Below, one piece after another: positions 56,991 to 64,000 of a DNA stretch of 64,000 bases. The notes below the pieces were generated by a model. The model did not search any database. It was not told the DNA's origin and saw nothing but the letters and a program-made list of their open reading frames with translations. The DNA is from Octopus sinensis (lineage: Eukaryota), in contig NC_043000.1 of the NCBI RefSeq assembly GCF_006345805.1, positions 70,122,001 to 70,186,000 of the forward strand, written 5' to 3'. A program made the position numbers and the translations under genes. The first letter of the stretch is position 1. The number at the start of each line of letters is the position of its first letter.

Positions 56991-57299
56991 GCATTCCTAT
57001 TTATCTTCGCATATACTGGTATAGCATTCTATGAATCGTTGGGCATGTTGCATCTCCTTTCTGCATGCATGTAGGTTAAGATGTGGCTCAATATGGTTCT
57101 TAAATTGATATTTTTCAGTTACTTATATTTACACTAATTAATTATACTATATTCTTTATATAAGCGTGTGTGTATATATATATATATGTGTGTGTGTATG
57201 TGTGTGTGTGCGCGCGTGTGTGTCTGTGTGTGTGTGTATGTGTGTGTGTGTATACATAAAACCCTTTTCGTATATGTATCTGTATGCCTTATTTTTATA

Positions 57300-58250
57300 C
57301 TACTACACCTTATATCAGTACACACTTTTTCTTGTATACATATGTTTAATTATGTCTACATATTATCATTTATCTTATTATCCTGCTTCTGATTCCTTAC
57401 TTTCGATCAATAGGTATTATGTATACCTTTCCAGATAAATTCCATATATTAATGGTTTGGGTGAGCTTTATAATGGCCACCTAATAATTAATTAAGTAAA
57501 GATGAGATATTTAGTTGATTCCACATAATAATCTTGTAATGTTCAAATTGATCTACAAATCTCTTTTAGCTAACTTGGTTATGATATCCCTTTCTAGAAT
57601 TTATTTCTATTCTTTTATTTTATTTTTATTTTTATACAAAATTAAAATATTGTTTATAAACGTTCTCCCACTGAACCCCTAATGTTTTCTGGATCCCATT
57701 GTAGCATCCTAAGTTTCATACTGCTTGCCCCTTTAACTTATAATCACATCATGGAGTAAGGCCATCCATACCTTCTTTTATGGATAATTACTACTATCTA
57801 ATTCACTTTTTCTAAAATTTTGTTTCTTATTCTTGTGGGTTGGTGGGATACCTGTGATAGTATGAAATTCATGACCAACATCCAGCTATGAGCTATCAAC
57901 TCACTTTGCTCTTTATTCTAAATATACGCCGTCTTCTGGTATATTTTTGATGATGATAAGGAGATGCATAAATTGGAAATGAATTACAACCCTATGACCC
58001 CACTGTGTTCCATGCCACACTAAAAATTATTGTTTTGTACTTCTGTATTTTTGCTACAGTAGTTACAACATGAAATTTTTCCATCCTGTTGCTCTGTTAA
58101 GATATTTAAAATAAATTTTACTAATATATCTTATCTGTTGAAAATCCATATTTGTGCAGCTGAAGATAGCGCTATATTTAAATTGGTGCAACGATTGCAT
58201 TGTTCCGTTAAATGGAGTCGCTTGGAACGGTCGTACGGCATTATTACTTG
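57300..58250 (-). mobile_element. Possible very old L1/Tx1-like RT remnant
   Basis: Only weak remnants on the minus strand (STKYLI, TINIWNLSGKVYII). Confidence 0.25.
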
Positions 58251-58629
58251 ACATTCTGTTACCTATTTTGATTTTATTCACCTTACTTCGAGCTGTGCGG
58301 CTAATACTGGACTGACTTGGTGCTTCAACTTAAGTACCTAATTCAACTGAATCATAATTGCTTATATGTGAGTGTGTGTTTGTATGTATGTATGTATATA
58401 TATATTATATATGTATGTATATGTGTATATATGTATGTATGCATGTATGTATGTATTTATGTCTTTATGTATGTATGTCCAGTGCTATTCCCTGCATATC
58501 TGGTTTTATATGAGAGAGACCTTCACCTGGAGAAAAGCTTCAATAGAAGCTGAGGGTGCCTCACTGCCAGTGGTCTTTCAGCACGCCGGACACCGTCCCG
58601 GAATTTCTGCGTACCCGTGCTATTGCTAG

Positions 58630-61600
58630 ATGGCCGTTGAGCCTGCACTAGGTTCATCCGACCTTTCAACAGGTCTTGTTTTTAATCCTGCTGGGTTTCT
58701 AGCAACCCTGTTCACCAGGGAAGCCTGGTGAGGGTGCCGGTTTAGACGCCGACAACTCGACCATGCAACCGGTTGTACTGGATTCCATGTTACCAGTAGC
58801 ACTTATGAGAGTCTCATAAGTGACTCAACACTGGACATTTTGGAGATCTTTGTTTTGTGCTAGAGATCATGGCGCTCTCACATCCCTGAGCCTGCGACTC
58901 ATATTGTCACCAGAAATCTCGCTCTGGCATGTCTCTGGATAATGTCAATAGAGTGGAGAGGGTCTATGATGTATCGTGCAAGCCTTATTGGACCTAAAAC
59001 TCTGCACAGGCATTCCTGATCTCTGCTTGATATGTGCTGCTTTTTTCCCTATATATATTTATTTTATTTTCAGCATATATGTATCTTTATATTTAGTATA
59101 TATTTATTTATTTTCAGTATATACTTATTTCATTTTTATTCGGAAGTCCTGAGGCGATGGGAAGGTGGCGAAGCATGCAGACCTGACGGGTTGGAGGCAT
59201 GTAGTCAACGACCAGCACGTAGGCAGTAATACGATTCGGTTGCTGCATGGGTGTCTGAGCAGCTCCATTTGGAGAAGGCACCCAGAAGCAGAGGAGTTTC
59301 TAGAAAAAGTGAACCAAAAAATGCCTGTCTTTCTATATCTGTTCAGTCTTTCTATATCTTTCAGTTCTATATCTGTCCACCCTGCGCTCGAGAACAGACG
59401 TTTTTTTTACAAAATCTAGATGGAACTTGAACATTTCATGTAGGAATGGGCGCACTCTGTTGGATAACAAGTGTGATTGTACTTGTTGCTCGCGGGCTGA
59501 ACTGCTATAACATTGATATAGCTGCACTTCCAGATACTCGTATAGAGGGTGATCGTCAGCCTGGGGAAGTAGGAGGTGGACACAACTTTTGTTTTGTTTT
59601 TTTTAAGGGGAGGCTGAAGAAGCGCAGAGTTAGCTTTGAAGCTCGATCTGATATCCTTAAGAAGTTGGAAGAGCACCTTGTTCCTATAAATGAACGTCTA
59701 GTGACTACGATTGCACCTTAAAGGTGGGCGGCTTGCTACTGTAATAAGTGCCTATGCATTATTTTGACTAGTTGTGATGAAGATAAAACTAATTTTTATA
59801 CCCAGCTGAGAGTCTTACTTAGGAAAATCCCCAATTCTGATAATGTCATTCTACTGGGGGATTTCTATACCAGGGTTGGAACAGACTGGCAAACATGGAA
59901 GTCTCTAGGACATTTTGGTGAAGGGAAAATGAATAGCAATGGTCTCATGATGCTGGAGCTTTGCGATGAACATGGATTTTACATCGCAAGCACTCATTTT
60001 ATGCACAAAGGAGATCACTCAACAACGTGGATGCATCCAAGCTCTAAAATTTGGCACTTGTTAGATTATGTTATCATCCGTAAGCGTGACATCTATGACA
60101 TTTGTAATGTCAAGCCCTTTCGTGGATCAGAATGCTGGACAGATCACAGTCTGGTGTGAGCAACGTTCCCGATGATGATTAGAGTGAAAGAGAGAAGAGA
60201 GCCAGTTGGCAATCCTCGGCGTCTGAATGTCCACAAGATATATGATGCTGTGTTGAGGAAAGAGCTTCAGATTCGCTTATCCAACATTGAAAATATTACA
60301 ATATGGGAAGATTTTTCGAGATCAGGTTCTTCAATATGCTGCTGAAACACTGGGAAATGCTACTGCCAGACACAGAGACTGGTTTGATGAAAATGATGCT
60401 GATGTTCAGCGACTATTGATTGTAAAGCGCCATGCCCACAATGTATTACTGCATAGAGGGCTTTCAGATGTGCAGCGATATCTAGCACTAGCCCACTGTT
60501 GCAGTCTAAAATCATTACTGCAGCGATCTCTCAGGAAGATGCAGAATACTTGGTGGGAGGATCTTGTTCGTGATGTTCAGACTGCTACTGATGCAAATGA
60601 CAGCAAGAAGGTTTACCATCTTATGAAGCAAGTTTATGGGCCTTAAGAGCTCTGCATCAGTTCCTTTTCTTGCCAAAAGGTCTTCTACCCTATTTACTAA
60701 CTCAATAGAAATCACAGATCGCTGGATTGAACACTTCTCTGAACTCCTAAACCATGAGTCAGCTGTGGATGAAACAGTGATTGAGAATAATCAACAAAGA
60801 TCTATCATTGGCTCCAAAAATTCAACACCCTCAATAGATGAAGTAATGACAGCAATAAGTAAATTGAATATAGGTGGGGCACCTGGAAGAGATGGAATTT
60901 GTGCTGAAGACTTGCGATTTGGTAGTGATTACATCATACAGTCCCTTCATGAACTTATTAGTGTAGTCTGGAAGGATGGTGTAATGCCTAAGGACTGGAT
61001 GGGTGCAATTATTTTTCCCCTCTTAAAGGAAAAGGTGCCAGAAAAATGTGTGGTATCTACAGAAGTATTGCTCTACTATCAGCTGCTGGCACGCTTCTGG
61101 CAAATATTCTTCTTACCCACCTGAATGGGTGTCTCGTAAATGATGTCCTATCAGAATCTCAGTGTGGCTTCCGATCTGGTAGAGGGACAATGGATGCGAT
61201 TTTCACAGCAAGATAGATGCAGAATGCTATGAGCAGAATATGGATCTTGTCCGCGTATTCATTGATTTAACCAAGGTCTTTGAATAGGGCCTTGGTATGG
61301 AAAATACTTGACAAACTTTGGATGTCCAGATTACTTTGTATCTATAATTAAATCATTTCATGATGGGATGGAGGCTTGGTTCAATGTTGATGGTGGCATA
61401 GCGGAACTCATGGTGTCAAGCAGGGTGACATCCTCGCTCCAACTCTCTCTTCTTTGTACTTTTCTGTTGCTTTTACTCATGCTTGTACTAGGGTTAGCTC
61501 TCTGGGAATATATGTCAGGTATAGATTTTCTTATACGGTGGATGACATGCAAATACTTATGAATCGTATTTCTGCTTCTTGCAAGGCATTTGGACTCAGC

Positions 61601-62520
61601 ATTATCCTCGATAAGACTGTTATAATATTCCAGCCTGCACCAAGAAATCCATATGTGGAACCAGCTATCTTGGTTGAAGGAGCAATACTGAAAGTGGTAG
61701 ACAAGTTTGTCTACCTGGGGAGCACACTCAGTCGTTCTTGCTCCCTGGATGATGAAATATCTTTCAAGCTGCAGAGCGCAACTGATTCCTTCCGGTCTCT
61801 GGAGTTTCGTGTTTGGTCCCAGCACAACATCACAAGGTAAACAAAAATTGCTGTGTACCGTGCATGTGTATTGGCATCACTTCTTTACTCATGTGAGACA
61901 TGGACCCTTTGCAAACGTCATGTAAAATCATTGAACGCTTCCATCAGAGATGTCTGAGACACATTCTGAATGTCGACTGGACCTTAAAAACTCCAGACAT
62001 ACACGTCTTGAGGAACGCCGATATCTTGAGTATTAAGGCGATGGTGCATAAACACCGATTATGTTGGATTGGAAAACTTCTTAGAATGAAGGATAACAGG
62101 ATCTCTAAGCAGACACTATATGGGGAACTTGTTAGTGGAAAGAGACCCGGCAGAAACCAAAGCTGCAATTTAAGGACTTATCAAGTCCTCATTAAAGGCC
62201 TGCGATATGCAGAAGACCGACTGGGAGAGCAATGCCTTCATCGCCACAAATGAAGGAAGCAGGTTAAGGAGTTGGTCAACACCTTTGAATGAGCACATAT
62301 TCTTCATGAAGAATTTAAGCGTGCTGCTCGAAAGCGCACTGCTGGCATAGTGAATGGGAAAAGCTTGGTTTGCAACGTTTGCAGTCGTGTATACATGTCA
62401 AGAGCAGGGCTCATTAGCCACCAACGCGGCCGCAAATGCAAAATATAAGTCCTAGAGCGCATAATGTTCCTAAAGGTCAGCAATGGTCTTCCTTGGTCAT
62501 GAGTGGATGGCCATCATGTA
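58630..62520 (+). mobile_element. Near full-length decayed RTE/BovB-like LINE
   Basis: APE: YNIDIAALPDTR, ILLGDFYTRVG, NSNGLMMLELC, TWMHPSSKIWHLLDYVI. RT: SESQCGFRSGRGTMD, FIDLTKVF, FGLSIILDKTVIIFQPAP, KFVYLGSTLS. C-terminus CNVCSRVYMSRAGLISHQR, with an RTE-like tail GGTCTTCCTTGGTCATGAGTGGATGGCC. Confidence 0.88.
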
Positions 62521-62713
62521 TGTACATACATACTAAATGTGAACTTGCACAACCACTATTAACCCTGAAGAAGGGGGAATTGCTCAATAATGAGTATATA
62601 CACTCTTTATTTTTATGGCCAATTAACACCCAGAAACGGCCATAAGGCATTTTTAACTTTCATTTCCTTCATTAATTTCGTTTTTATTCTGAGTCGGACT
62701 AAATTTATATATG

Positions 62714-62747
<34 letters not shown>

Positions 62748-62750
62748 TAT

Positions 62751-63095
62751 ATAAATCCAAACTTACAGGGAAAAATCAGATTTAGGATTGAATCCAATTT
62801 ATAGTAAAATATTATATTATATAAATTAGAGACAAAACCACTATTATGCAAATCAAACAAAGAAAGACTTAATCCAATACAAAAATTAATTTATATTATT
62901 TAGTAATTTAACAATTATTAATAATAATTATTATTAATAATAATTGTTAAATTACTAAATAATATAAATTAATTTTTGTATTGGATTGTCTTCTTTGTTT
63001 AATAGTGGTTTTGTCTCTAATTTATATAATATAATATTTTACTATAAATTGGATTCAATCCTAAATCTGATTTTTCCCTGTAAGTTTGGATTTAT
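62751..63095. repeat. ~345-bp fold-back (palindrome) between (TA)n arrays
   Basis: ATAAATCCAAACTTACAGGGAAAAATCAGATTTAGG... is mirrored by ...CCTAAATCTGATTTTTCCCTGTAAGTTTGGATTTAT. AT-only centre at about 62920-62940. Confidence 0.93.
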
Positions 63096-63105
63096 TCCCT
63101 AATAT

Positions 63106-63167
<62 letters not shown>

Positions 63168-63181
63168 TATATATATAATAT

Positions 63182-63234
<53 letters not shown>

Positions 63235-64000
63235 TCCGATATATTTTAATATATCAATGTATCAATGTTCTCATTTGTATATCTTTTAATGTATCAATTA
63301 CCCTATATATTTTTAATGAATTTATATATTTATATATTTTTAATATATCGATATATTTATATATTTTTAATGTATCTGTGTATTTTAATATATTCTATAT
63401 AATAATTATGTGCTTCTGTTGATTCTTCTGTATCAATTCTATTCATGAAAGCGGGGTGGATTATTGTTTGTGGACTGATTTATCTAATGTTATCCTCACT
63501 TATATATTTATCTTTTTGGGGGGAAACAGGAGTTTATCTCTTATTCTTTCTTAAATATAACTATATACACATACACACATGTCAACAGCGAACACCTCAG
63601 AAAGTACTCCCTTCCTGATGACTTCCTATACAACACCAAAACAGCCGGACTAATATACCTCAAAGAAGACCTGGTTATGAAACGCTCGGCATACCAAGAC
63701 AAAAGATTATCCATGGTTATGTTCGAAGACTTGAAGACAGTTATATTGACATGAAGCGAAGCCTCTCTTTGGCTCTCACATCGAAGGCTATGAATTTACA
63801 ATCCAAGAACTGGAGATGGCTACGAAATAACTAATACACAAAAGGGACAATGAATCCCTTGGAGCTCCAAGACGCTACCGAAAATGTAGATTATGCTATA
63901 TTTCTGTGGAAGACATCATATATGTGATTAACGCTACCCAAAAATGTCATCAAGGTACTACCTCCTTATGTGGCATGACGTTGTCGCAATAACAATATAC

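Noticed and set aside
58630-58800. HDV-like ribozyme in the RTE 5' UTR (known for some RTEs)
   Set aside because: No convincing P1/P2/P3 pairing was found manually. It needs an RNArobo/Infernal search.
63580-64000. Possible decayed LINE ORF1 start
   Set aside because: There are multiple stops in all frames and only vague similarity. It is also truncated by the window end.

Overview
This is a 64-kb AT-rich eukaryotic (animal) window that looks intergenic or intronic, with a 100-N scaffold gap at 56891-56990. I found no recognisable host protein-coding exon, rRNA, true tRNA or CRISPR. The SINE types and repeat landscape best fit a cephalopod (Octopus-like) genome, which is an inference from memory and not a search. 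Almost everything is microsatellite or transposon-derived. (i) 1-23.4 kb is a dense cluster of R4/Dong-clade non-LTR elements (RT plus restriction-like endonuclease) sitting in (TAA)n arrays. (ii) A near full-length Tx1/L1-clade LINE (29631-35321, minus) and a second truncated copy have every junction in (GATA/TATC)n. (iii) 37.4-54 kb holds Penelope-like elements (GIY-YIG) bounded by (TA)n and carrying hammerhead-ribozyme motifs. (iv) There are also RTE/BovB LINEs, two mariner elements and two tRNA-derived SINE families. The most notable observations are an apparent (TATC)n-specific Tx1 family, each retroelement class occupying its own microsatellite, a Dong family with a bipartite 3' UTR containing an internal microsatellite, and a 3.26-kb near-perfect palindrome capped at both outer ends by a type I hammerhead (real fold-back or long-read assembly artefact). 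Two smaller fold-backs are also present. Clade names come from motif recognition by eye, and boundaries of decayed elements are approximate.
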